A program made the translations under genes and the position numbers. The notes under the pieces were generated by a model. That model saw only the letters and a program-made list of their open reading frames with translations. It ran no database searches and was not told the DNA's origin. This document shows positions 9,282 to 18,283 of a stretch of DNA of 27,071 nucleotides, piece by piece. Positions within the stretch are counted from its first letter, which is position 1. Every line of letters starts with the position of its first letter. The stretch is from Patescibacteria group bacterium (GTDB lineage Bacteria > Patescibacteriota > Gracilibacteria > Absconditabacterales > Absconditicoccaceae). The stretch lies in assembly GCA_017992195.1 (NCBI GenBank), contig JAGOPC010000011.1, positions 1 through 27,071 on the forward strand. Direction: 5' to 3'.

Positions 9282-10343
9282 ATGCAGCTAAAACTAGACT
9301 TTGTATACGATAACGTGCAAGATGCTTTTATCAAAAATGGGATCACTAATGAGTCAAAAGAGCTTTGACCCTATATTTTTATGTTTCTACAAAAGAAAAA
9401 AGACGACATACAAAGAGTATTAGAGCTGTCCACGCAGATAAAATGGGTGCAAGATCAATTTGTGTGAGCGAATTTTCCAAGAAATTATACAGACGCTCTT
9501 ATAAAGGTGGTATTGAAGAAAAAACTATTTAATGAGCTTGTATGGTTGATCGATGACAGCTGATATTTACGCTGAGTAAAAGCTGTAATTAAAAAGAACC
9601 AGGAGATGAAAGAAGACGGATATGGATTTTATCTGAAGAATAAGGGGAATAGTAAATTTCCGAGATTTTGATCATTATCGCTTGGCTACTCAAGAGTATC
9701 ATTGGCCTATCTTCTTCAGAAAATTGTGAAAGACGTGGAGAAGTTTAAAAAAGCATATGAATGATTGTATAGTTATCATAGTACTGCTCGAGATCCTCCC
9801 AAAAGTAAATCCAAAGCACACGAAGATACACTGAGGGACGTGCTTGAGTTTATCGTAGGTGGCGGGCGAGACATAGAAGACGATGATATAGGAAACTTCT
9901 CCAGATTGCGTGTTGCGCTTGTACAAGATATCAGATCGACATGACTACCCGATGAGGTTCTGGAAGAGCTTGAAATGCGTTTAAAAATCAAGGAAAAGAG
10001 CGAACGTAAAACATTGTGAGACGCCGACAGCCAACAAGACTTTTTGGAAGCATTTTTCTGCTACTTCAGCTTTATGGACGCTATCCCTGCATTTATCGAA
10101 AAGCGAAAGAGCGGTGAACAAGGGAAGCAAGAGCTGATCACTGATTTCACTATCAAATATCATAATGATCCTCATGTAAATCCTAGACTTATCGGCATGT
10201 CTCCTTCTCAGCTTGGAACAAAGGAATTTGAAAAGAGATACCAAACACGAGCGAACCAGGAGTATAAGGATAAAGATGGTCTGAAGAAGAAAAGAAGAGA
10301 TATCATTGACGATGGAACAATGTTTGCGGATCAATACTACTAA
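9282..10343 (+). CDS. hypothetical protein (353 aa), visible only with TGA=Gly
   Basis: Frame 0 has no TAA or TAG from 9252 to TAA at 10341-10343. It contains 8 in-frame TGA (9366, 9465, 9561, 9573, 9669, 9762, 9942, 10017). The ORF track shows only its last 99 aa (10044..10343). A consensus promoter lies directly upstream. Confidence 0.7.
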
Positions 10344-11380
10344 ACCAGATTTTCCGGCATCCGATCTATCTTAAACCCACGACCTACCATATTCAATTTT
10401 TCAAAAGCTCCATCTAAAAAAGGACGCACTCACGCTCATTTTATCACGATATTATATCTATACTTGTCGTGCATCTTGTAAACGAGGGGAGGAGTAGCGT
10501 AGATTTCCAGCTTATTCTCTGATTTCTCCGCGAGAAATAAGAGCTCCTGATAGAGCTTGTTAACTGTCGTAAACATCTTCTGTTCGATCTCATTTTTATA
10601 GAGGACCACAGCGATCTCAGTGTAAGGAGGATAGAGATGATCCTCACGAAATTTCTTTTCTCCCAATGCGAAGGCCTCAACATCTCTGTTACACGCGCAA
10701 CGGATAGCGGGACTATCAGTATGATATGACTGCACGATGATATTATCAGCGTAGTTGTCAATAATACTCGACAGCGTCGTAAAGGTCTTTTCATGCGACT
10801 TATAGTCGGGGATGTGCAGGCCGCTATCCGCATTGAATATAATCACCAGATCCGGCTTCCGGTCTTTCGGCGGAGTCGCCAGCAACGATGTTCAAACGAT
10901 AACCTGCGCATCCTGCAAAAGCGGCATCAGCTTCTTCACCTTTGCCTGACTGTTGGCCGTTTCCGAATCTATCGTCAGCACTCTCATCGCCCCAAACTCT
11001 TTCTGCAATAGCCCCTCGAGCTTCTGCACGCCACTTCCATAGAGCTTAATATTATGGCCATGACACTGTGGACACTGCCCAAACGAACTATAGTGCTTCT
11101 TACAGATATGACAAATCCCATAGAGCTCGCCATGCACATCCTGATGAAACGCAATCGGGATATCACAATGATCACACTTCGGCACAAGTCCGCAATCATC
11201 ACACAGCATTCCAGTTGCAAAGCCCTTTTTATTCGCGATGATCAGCACCTTCTTACCCTCCTTTATCATCTTACGAATCCCACCATCGGCCAACGACGAA
11301 AATCCTGAAGCTGTCCTATCCTGCTTCATATCAACCAAAAATATCTTCTTATCCGCGCGCTCAAAGCGTTCATAATTCAT
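10340..11380 (-). CDS. priA: PriA-like protein, C-terminal half only (Cys-rich Zn region, helicase lobe 2 remnant and C-terminal domain)
   Basis: 346 aa from ATG (11378-11380) to TAG (10340-10342) with 3 in-frame TGA (10892, 10436, 10430). All four CxxC pairs are intact: CDDCG..CDHC..CHIC..CPQC. It has IVGTS (G is a TGA) matching PriA IGTQ, and a C-terminal KIDRMPENLV resembling the PriA tail. There is no Walker A or DExH part. An upstream in-frame stop lies at 11447 and a terminator sits 40 nt upstream. The motif VI position reads IIDNYADN instead of QVAGRAGR. Confidence 0.75.
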
Positions 11381-11418
11381 ACACCCAGAGTATCTATTTA
11401 CGGACGAATTTAAACAAC

Positions 11419-11445
11419 AAAAAAAGCCCGCACAAAAATGCAGGC
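11419..11445 (-). terminator. rho-independent terminator
   Basis: On the - strand: stem GCCTGCA/TGCGGGC (one G-U pair), 6-nt loop, followed by T7. It lies directly after the 11478 gene. Confidence 0.6.
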
Positions 11446-11477
11446 TTACTCTTAGATAATTGGTTTTTGATCAGTAA

Positions 11478-12503
11478 CTATTTTACCGCAACTGATTGTT
11501 GTCTTTTTTCCAACTCACACCATAAATCCGACGGAATCATGTTACACATAAAGGTAACCAGTTCGTGAAACTCCAGGCCAGCAACTGATCTAAAGATGTA
11601 GTTAAAATTAAGCTCTGCCGCAAACGGCATCTCATATGCTTTACAATGTTCAACATACGAAGCATAGTCTATGATCGGATTCTTATGAAAACCGCTCAGC
11701 ATCTTATCCTCGATAGCCACACTAAACAGTAGAGGATTTTCAAAGCTACCTGCTACGAATATCTCAGAACAAACAAAAGGAACCGGACCTAAATGAGAAA
11801 TACCCTGATGAAGACTAAAAAGCACTCTGCCTACGCCCGGTTCTGTTATTCCTTGCACGGTAAAAGCCCTGAGAAAGGCAAGCATTTCTTGCGTATAGTT
11901 CAGCTCTGCATTAAACTTTTGCGCAGCAGCCTTAGAACTTTCAATCGCGTTATAGAACTCCTTTCGCATACTAACCTTTTTGCTAGGATCAGTAAATTGC
12001 ATATCACCTGATTTCGAAATAGTTTCCACTAAGCGCCCATATGTACCTTCTGGCATATATAAGTGAGGTAAACGAGCCTTATAATCAGCAGGGATACTAG
12101 TTGCGATGAACTGTAATAAATCAGCCACCGGCAACGCTTCCATCATGTAGTCGAACACATTATAGTCTATTGCCTTGAAATCATGAACTGTGCAATAATC
12201 ATAATAGTTACTATAATCTTCCATCGGTACATGCTCACATATCGCAATACTCAAACTGTTTCTAAATACGATACTCAACAGTTTTCTTTCGAGAAGAGAG
12301 TATACCATACATGTCACATAATAGTCATTATTTTCTTGCTCTACTAAATAGACAAGAGAATACCGCGACTGATTATATTTGAAGACAATTTTCCATTTAC
12401 CGTGAGGTGCCTGCTGCGATGATTTAATCTGAAATAATGTTGAACTTTTCATACAAGTTTTTTTTGATGTAATTAATGTTAATGTCCGCGTCATTATTGA
12501 CAT
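11478..12503 (-). CDS. hypothetical protein (341 aa)
   Basis: ORF ends in TAG and has no internal TGA. It has its own promoter and terminator. The ATG at 12501-12503 lies 5 nt downstream of a -10 box. Alternative starts are ATG 12491 or the later MKSS Met. No motif recognised. Confidence 0.6.
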   Translation of the reverse strand: MSIMTRTLTLITSKKTCMKSSTLFQIKSSQQAPHGKWKIVFKYNQSRYSLVYLVEQENNDYYVTCMVYSLLERKLLSIVFRNSLSIAICEHVPMEDYSNYYDYCTVHDFKAIDYNVFDYMMEALPVADLLQFIATSIPADYKARLPHLYMPEGTYGRLVETISKSGDMQFTDPSKKVSMRKEFYNAIESSKAAAQKFNAELNYTQEMLAFLRAFTVQGITEPGVGRVLFSLHQGISHLGPVPFVCSEIFVAGSFENPLLFSVAIEDKMLSGFHKNPIIDYASYVEHCKAYEMPFAAELNFNYIFRSVAGLEFHELVTFMCNMIPSDLWCELEKRQQSVAVK

Positions 12504-12508
12504 TTCCA

Positions 12509-12536
12509 ATCTTAATCATGGACGGATATAAGTCAA
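12509..12536 (-). promoter_or_regulatory. sigma70-like promoter, TTGACT-N16-TAAGAT, predicted leaderless
   Basis: On the - strand: -35 at 12531-12536 and -10 at 12509-12514. The ATG begins 6 nt after the -10 box. Confidence 0.5.
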
Positions 12537-12582
12537 TCACAATTACAGTAGTTTTTTGGCTTCTTTTCCTTAGAAATAAGGT

Positions 12583-13485
12583 ATGTTACGTCACCAGCCA
12601 GTTATGGCGAAAGAGGTTTTTGAGTCACTCCCAACGGATCGGAAGGTCTATGTCGATGGGACTTTTGGGCATGGTGGACATGTAGAATATATACTGAATG
12701 AAATGACGCAATGAGGAAATGAGGAGACCTTACAATGAAGAAAAGTGATAGCGATCGACCGTGATGAGAAGATGCTGGAGAAGGGGAAGGAGCTTTTGAG
12801 TAAACATCATAAGTACATTGAGTTTGTTCGTGATACCTATAGCAATATTGACGGAATATTGGCAAAGGAGATCATCCAGAAAGCTGATTATATATTGCTT
12901 GATCTAGGTGTGAACATGGAACACTTTAAAGACCCGGAGCGTGGTTTTTCGTTTCTGCATGACGCGCCGCTGGACATGCGTTTTGATCAGTCAAGTGGAC
13001 AGACGGCAGCGATGGTAGTGAATACGTATTCGCGCGAGAAACTTGCGAAGATGTTTACAACCTATGGAGACTTTGCACCAACGAGCGGGCTGTATATGGC
13101 AGATGCGCTCATAGAAAAGAGGAGCGAGGGACATATCCTGACGACGCATGAGCTCAATGACACCCTCAGAAAGAAATGAATCAGAAAAGACCAGATGGCG
13201 GTGGTGTTTCAGTGCCTGAGAATAGAGACCAACCAGGAGTTGGATGCACTATTAGAATTTTTGGATGAGTTTCCGAAAATGTTGAATAAGGGCGGAAGAT
13301 GCGCTATTATGACCTACCACAGCATCGAGGATCGTCTGGTGAAGATTGCATTTAAGAAGCTGTGCGAGGAAAACTCGGCCTTCGTGCTCTACAATAAGAA
13401 AGTTATAGCGCCGCACTATACCGAGGTGCAGCATAACAGGGCTGCGAGAAGTGCGAAGTTACGCGTGATCGAAAGAATTGCATAG
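12583..13485 (+). CDS. rsmH: 16S rRNA (cytosine1402-N4)-methyltransferase RsmH (MraW)
   Basis: 300 aa from ATG to TAG with 3 in-frame TGA (12712, 12736, 13177). Family motifs present: HQPVMAKEV, YVDGTFGHGGH, AIDRD, LLDLGV, ERGFSF, APLDMRF, FQCLRIETNQEL, MTYHSIEDRLVK, RSAKLR. Confidence 0.9.
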
Positions 13486-13502
13486 GAATTTCTAGAGTGC
13501 GC

Positions 13503-13530
13503 TTGCATCAATTTGTCTCTTTCGTATATA
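13503..13530 (+). promoter_or_regulatory. sigma70-like promoter, TTGCAT-N16-TATATA, predicted leaderless
   Basis: -35 at 13503-13508 and -10 at 13525-13530. The ATG at 13538 lies 7 nt after the -10 box. Confidence 0.45.
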
Positions 13531-13537
13531 TAAGAAG

Positions 13538-13939
13538 ATGAACAAGTTACCCATAGCAAAGTCAGTTGCGAGAGAGTATTTGAAGCTCCAAAAGAGGCTC
13601 AGGACCAATAAAAGACTCGTTGAATATATCAAAGTCTGAGCGATCGGAGGGCTTTTGTTATTCTTTATCGGTGTCTACATCTACTTCGTAAACCAGGGTT
13701 CAACACTAGGATTTTTCTTGAGAGAACAACAGAGAGATCTCGACAAGATTGAGTTCAATTATAGTCTGATTGCTATTAAGAATACCGAGGAACAAAAGAA
13801 CGTTCGGGAAACTGTCATGAGCGGCAACAAGTACCTCAACAGCGAGCTCCAGACAAAGAATTTTTCGCTCGATAGCATCATCATGAGAGTTTCATACACA
13901 GGAGACAGCTTAGAGGAGAGGATTAAAGGACTGAAATAA
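13538..13939 (+). CDS. FtsL-like bitopic membrane protein
   Basis: 133 aa with one in-frame TGA (13637). It has a basic N-terminus, a single TM (AIGGLLLFFIGVYIYFV) and a polar C-terminal domain. It sits directly after rsmH, as ftsL does in dcw clusters. The call rests on position and architecture only. Confidence 0.5.
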
Positions 13940-13966
13940 ATGTCGGTCACAAGCCAGACCAACAAC

Positions 13967-13994
13967 ATTGACTTTCTCAGATAGATGTCTATAA
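13967..13994 (+). promoter_or_regulatory. sigma70-like promoter, TTGACT-N16-TATAAT
   Basis: -35 at 13967-13972 and -10 at 13989-13994. Confidence 0.6.
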
Positions 13995-14068
13995 TCTTTT
14001 AGCTTGAAAGAACCTTAACATTATTCATAACACACAAATCATTGCGAACCACTAAAATTTTACGCCAT

Positions 14069-14956
14069 ATGAATGTACATATCGAAAATACGACCAGCCA
14101 GCAATCACTCATAGATTTTATTATGAAGAATGATATGAAATTGCTGCATATTATGCACAACATAGCCTTACTTGTTAAAAAGGAGGCTAGCAACCAAGTG
14201 CGTTCTACGAAAAATTCACAGAACCACTATGCAATAGAATCGCTTGTGATAGACTACTGTGGGATTGTCTCGGAAGAGAGAGAAAAACAAATCAGAGAGG
14301 TGTTCAAGCTGGTTTCGACCTCCCTCCGCCTATCTGACATACTAAGCGTAGTAGACGTGTATGAAACCCCCCGCTGGATACGCGCAGGCGCTACGCATTT
14401 ATTGCATAGCAATCTTATTAAGGAAACTGTTACTACATTACAAAGCAGGGCGGCGGGAGAGAATATGTTTATCGCAGGAGACTGTGCGGAAATAGTTCCT
14501 AATGAAATGAATTTTAGGATCAGCCTCTTTGCTCTTCCCAATAGCATCCTATCATCTGCTGGAGAAATATATGAAAAATATATTCTCTTAAAACAAATCG
14601 GTTTAGTGGTTGGGATGGCAGCATACTTTTGTAAGCGCTACCAAAAACAGGAAGGGTTTAGGGAATACATGTTCACCTTCCCGGATAACACTACTAAGCT
14701 ACAGGGCGACGATCTCATGGAAAAATTTGTAAAGCAGTTAGAAAAAGAGATATTTATAAACGACTGCTATAAAGTACGGCACGCTGGCAAAAATCTACCA
14801 GACGATTATGTCCTGGACGCGTTCAGCGATCTCTTTGCCGCCTACTACATGGGCTTTATTATGCTTCCTGAAGCTAGCGAGGTTGTTCGTCTGCCAAGGA
14901 CCTTACGCATGTTCTTATTCAACTTCATCTATTCATTCATTACCAAACCAACGTAA
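14069..14956 (+). CDS. hypothetical protein (295 aa)
   Basis: First ATG in the 14042..14956 ORF. Stop is TAA, with no internal TGA. Followed by a perfect palindromic terminator. Confidence 0.6.
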   Translation: MNVHIENTTSQQSLIDFIMKNDMKLLHIMHNIALLVKKEASNQVRSTKNSQNHYAIESLVIDYCGIVSEEREKQIREVFKLVSTSLRLSDILSVVDVYETPRWIRAGATHLLHSNLIKETVTTLQSRAAGENMFIAGDCAEIVPNEMNFRISLFALPNSILSSAGEIYEKYILLKQIGLVVGMAAYFCKRYQKQEGFREYMFTFPDNTTKLQGDDLMEKFVKQLEKEIFINDCYKVRHAGKNLPDDYVLDAFSDLFAAYYMGFIMLPEASEVVRLPRTLRMFLFNFIYSFITKPT

Positions 14957-14985
14957 CATCTTTCAAGCAAGCATTTTGTTACAAT

Positions 14986-15015
14986 AAAGCCTCCCGATAT
15001 ATCGGGAGGCTTTTT
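14986..15015. terminator. bidirectional rho-independent terminator
   Basis: Perfect 28-nt palindrome AAAGCCTCCCGATAT/ATATCGGGAGGCTTT between convergent genes. A T run follows on the + strand and TTTATT on the - strand. Confidence 0.75.
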
Positions 15016-15038
15016 CTTATTATAATTCCTTATTTCAA

Positions 15039-16070
15039 TCAGTCAAAGTACGTATTGACCGCGTCGACTAGCGGCTCATAATCCCTGATCAGCGCAACAA
15101 CATTCTTGAAGTCTCTATTTCCTACTAAGCCGTTCACATAGTTGAACAGATACTTTCTATATTCGATAACCGACTTGCCGATCTCATATTTCGTCACATC
15201 AAAGTTTTCTACTTCGTCCATCCATTGCTTATATGATGGTTGTGGAAATTTGTCGGTGAAATGAAGATTTTTGTTGTAATAATCGTACGAGATAATCATT
15301 AATTTGAGATGAAAAAGTATGATCTCACGACGTTCTTCAGGAGTGGGCTCGTGATTTACAAAAATTCGTGGATCGGCGATCGCAGCCTGGCCTATCATGA
15401 TTCAGTCTAGATTTTTCCTCAGTTCCAATGCTTGCTCGTAGGATTTCACTCCACCATTTCAAATGATCAGACATTGATCCCCGACAGCCTTCTTCACATC
15501 GTAAATATAGTCCCGATCAACCGAGCCCGAATGCGACTGCTTATAGGTCCTACCATGGATCGTGATCGTCTTGCAGTGCGGCGCAGCAGCGATGATAAAC
15601 TCTTTTTGCGCAGCCTTATCGTCATCAGTGAGGCCGGCACGGGTCTTGATACTAAAGGGCAGAGGAGCTACCGCATCTTTCAAACGCTTTATCAACTCCA
15701 ATGTTTTTTCTTTTTCCCTCATCATACCTGCACCACCTCCACACGCCATCACCTTTGGCGATGGGCAACCTATGTTGAGCTCGAGACCAGCGAATCCAGG
15801 ATATTTCGTGACGATATCTTTTGCGGTTGCGACCAAATCATCATGATCTCACCCGTAGATCTGCGCTATGGTCTGCGTCTCAAAATCGGTCTTAATAATA
15901 TGATGAACTAAGCGCTGAGGCTGGCGAATATAACCTTCCGCATTCATAAATTCGGTCCACATCCGCAACTTCGTATCAGGATCCTTATTATATTTCTCAA
16001 AAATCTGCTTCACGACGATGCGGTAAGCAGCATTAGTGATCCCATCCATCGGAGCAAGTCACATAATCAT
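15039..16070 (-). CDS. dus: tRNA-dihydrouridine synthase (Dus family)
   Basis: 343 aa in one frame from ATG (16068-16070) to TAA-type stop, with 4 in-frame TGA (16059, 15849, 15459, 15402). Family motifs present: LAPMDGITNAAYR, QIYGGD, LELNIGCPSPKV, SIKTRAG, ITIHGRT, IIGNGG, LDGIMIGQAAIADPRIF. Confidence 0.9.
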
Positions 16071-16077
16071 GCATCAG

Positions 16078-16105
16078 AGTATAGGGATTTTCTTTAGGAT
16101 CTCAA
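16078..16105 (-). promoter_or_regulatory. sigma70-like promoter, TTGAGA-N16-TATACT, predicted leaderless
   Basis: On the - strand: -35 at 16100-16105 and -10 at 16078-16083. The dus ATG starts 7 nt after the -10 box. Confidence 0.5.
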
Positions 16106-16109
16106 AGTA

Positions 16110-16139
16110 TAAAAAAAGCCCGACCTTATGCGGTCAAGC
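16110..16139 (-). terminator. rho-independent terminator
   Basis: On the - strand: stem GCTTGACC/GGTCGGGC (two G-U pairs), 6-nt loop, followed by T7-8. Confidence 0.6.
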
Positions 16140-16159
16140 TATTGAAAATCAATGACGTT

Positions 16160-16663
16160 TTACTTCTTTCGCTGTATTCGGATGCGTAGTTGTTGTTTTC
16201 CTGCGATAATAGCTGCTGAGGTAAAAGTACCCGCAAAGAGGAAGATCAATAGACCTATTACAAAGGTTATACATCCCTCTAAAACGGAGTAATTTCCTGT
16301 AGTATGTTCGGCAATCCACCGCCATAATGCCACTATACCCACGACTCCTATGAGAGCCGAAGTAACAACCCATCCTGCAGAGTCAAATGCCTTCTCGATA
16401 GAGATGACATATTCTTCCAACAGTTGCATTGCTCGTTCTTTAACGTAGCTAACGGGCATAATGCTCATCGCAAATATAGCTAGAAAGACAGCGCCACATG
16501 CGGACCAAACAAGAGTGATCATACCCCAAAACCGAGAATTGTGCAGAAGGTGGAAGGAGCCATATACTCCTACACAACACCCCAGACAAAATACGATTAA
16601 TGTCAGGCTTTCAGACAAATCTCTTGCTCTGAAATCATAATTAGTATGTAATTTCTGTATCAT
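16160..16663 (-). CDS. integral membrane protein (167 aa, about 4 TM)
   Basis: ORF from ATG to TAA with four long hydrophobic segments. It has its own promoter and terminator. Confidence 0.6.
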   Translation of the reverse strand: MIQKLHTNYDFRARDLSESLTLIVFCLGCCVGVYGSFHLLHNSRFWGMITLVWSACGAVFLAIFAMSIMPVSYVKERAMQLLEEYVISIEKAFDSAGWVVTSALIGVVGIVALWRWIAEHTTGNYSVLEGCITFVIGLLIFLFAGTFTSAAIIAGKQQLRIRIQRKK

Positions 16664-16689
16664 AAGACGTGTGTTTTTGTTGTAGTGAA

Positions 16690-16717
16690 ATTCTAGCCGT
16701 CCTCAGGGGATTTGCAA
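16690..16717 (-). promoter_or_regulatory. sigma70-like promoter, TTGCAA-N16-TAGAAT
   Basis: On the - strand: -35 at 16712-16717 and -10 at 16690-16695. Confidence 0.5.
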
Positions 16718-16720
16718 GAG

Positions 16721-16930
16721 CTATTCATGACAAAAAAACTTAACCGAAATCGGTCAAGTTCGTGAAATTCGTATAAGATAGATAAGAATTATGATCATAT
16801 AAAGCCAGCCAGCTGCGTTAACGATATGCGGAAGGCAAAATATGATCACATCAGAGACGATCATCCATAACAACAGGAGTGCGTCATCAGCATCAGTGAA
16901 GTGAAATATAGTTCTTTTTTTTGCCTTCAT
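16721..16930 (-). CDS. small membrane protein (69 aa)
   Basis: ATG at 16928-16930, downstream of a consensus promoter. It has two hydrophobic segments. The standard-code stop TGA (16754) is read through for 10 more codons to TAG at 16721. Confidence 0.4.
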
Positions 16931-16953
16931 GGTAATTTTATTTAGATCCGATG

Positions 16954-16981
16954 ATTGTAGCCATATAGCCCAACTTGTCAA
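16954..16981 (-). promoter_or_regulatory. sigma70-like promoter, TTGACA-N16-TACAAT
   Basis: On the - strand: -35 at 16976-16981 and -10 at 16954-16959, upstream of the ATG at 16930. Confidence 0.55.
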
Positions 16982-16987
16982 TATTTT

Positions 16988-17845
16988 TTAGAAAACCTCT
17001 TTACTCGTATCCGGCAAAGCGCAATAATTAGCGATAGCATGCAGCGCCTTCGGGTTGATCGCACGCTTACGGAAGGTCCTTGTGTACCCGATCACGCTAA
17101 GAGCAGAGACCACATCACCAGAGATGCGATAGGTGAACACGTGTCTCGTCCGGTCTGCCTGCAATTGCGTATCAGCGATCAGCTGGGCAAAGGTCGGATT
17201 GGCACTTGAACCCGGATTGAAGACAGTACAGCGATCGGGCAGAAACTTCTTGGCGATAAAATAGGCGATGGTTCCACCGAGAGAGTGACCCGTCACCCGC
17301 GCCTTATAGTCAGGATATAGTTTTTTTGCTTCCTCATAAACATGAACTGACACATTGAATCTATCGTTCCACGATTGCGTTCCGAACACTATGTGCAGGT
17401 CACTAATATAGTCCTTCACCTCAGTAAACTCTGTCCCCCTGTAGCCGATAATCCGTGTCTTAAGCGCATGATTCACATAGAGCGCATACTCAAACTCGTT
17501 GAACTTTTCATCAAGCTCATAACCAAAAATATGTCTCGGGCGCTCGAACGGATTGAGATAAACTCTGTCCGAAATATAGGCACAAGGCAGATCCTGCGGA
17601 TCCAAGTTTATATCATCTTCTTCAAAAACCTTATCAAAAACTCCCGAAAATGACGTATGAATACTTTCCCACTGGCTCTTTATACCTTCCGTGGGGATCG
17701 ATTCCATGATTCCACCAAAAAAATTGCTCTTCTCGGCAATATAATCCACCGGCTTCTTGAGCGTCTTACTGGTCACATCGAGCGCATCTTTTCCGAATAC
17801 ACTGAGCGACGACCACATATTCTTGAAAGCAGAACCTAATCACAT
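16988..17845 (-). CDS. class-3 lipase-like alpha/beta hydrolase
   Basis: GHSLGG nucleophile elbow (VTGHSLGGTIAYF) preceded by YRGTE, as in the lipase_3 family. Stop is TAA. The start is taken as ATG 17843-17845 (MGLGSAFKNMWSS, with one TGA at 17840) because a -10 box ends 6 nt upstream. The alternative start is ATG 17818. Confidence 0.7.
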
Positions 17846-17851
17846 GCCTCC

Positions 17852-17879
17852 GTTATATGAATGAGGATTTTAAAAGCAA
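17852..17879 (-). promoter_or_regulatory. sigma70-like promoter, TTGCTT-N16-TATAAC, predicted leaderless
   Basis: On the - strand: -35 at 17874-17879 and -10 at 17852-17857. ATG 17845 lies 6 nt after the -10 box. Confidence 0.5.
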
Positions 17880-17889
17880 GAAATGGTAT

Positions 17890-17923
17890 AAAAAAAGAGC
17901 AGACACGTCAATACGTGAGCTCT
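17890..17923 (-). terminator. rho-independent terminator
   Basis: On the - strand: AGAGC.CACG/CGTG...GCTCT stem with an internal loop, 6-nt loop, followed by T7. Confidence 0.55.
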
Positions 17924-17944
17924 TGTAGTAACTTGAACAAACAA

Positions 17945-18256
17945 CTATCAATAGGCACCGCCTAATGCTCCTTTAGAAAGGCTGCAAAATGTACCATGAA
18001 TAGACTGTGAGATTCGATCCTTATAAGACATCATAAACCTTCCTTTTTGAGGAACGTAGTCGCTCACAGAGAATCTCGCCCGTGTACCCATAACGGGAAT
18101 GTATGTTGTTTGTTTTTTTCTTTCCTCACGGCGGATAGCAGCGAGTCGTTCTTTTTCTTTTAAAATGGCTTCGGTAAAAGCATCAAGCTTTACACGCGTA
18201 AAGGTAATGATACGCTTACGGTACTTCTTCTTTTTAGTTGTGGTGTGTGCGTTCAT
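17945..18256 (-). CDS. small basic hypothetical protein (103 aa)
   Basis: ATG at 18254-18256, downstream of a consensus promoter. The N-terminal half is rich in K and R. The standard stop TGA (17948) is immediately followed by TAG (17945). Confidence 0.5.
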
Positions 18257-18283
18257 ACAGTGGTGAATTTTTGGTGTCCGAAA

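Noticed and set aside
16931-16981. The upstream part of ORF 16754..16981 (MTSWAIWLQSSDLNKIT...).
   Set aside because: A TTGACA-N16-TACAAT promoter occupies 16954-16981 on that strand, so translation most plausibly starts at ATG 16930.
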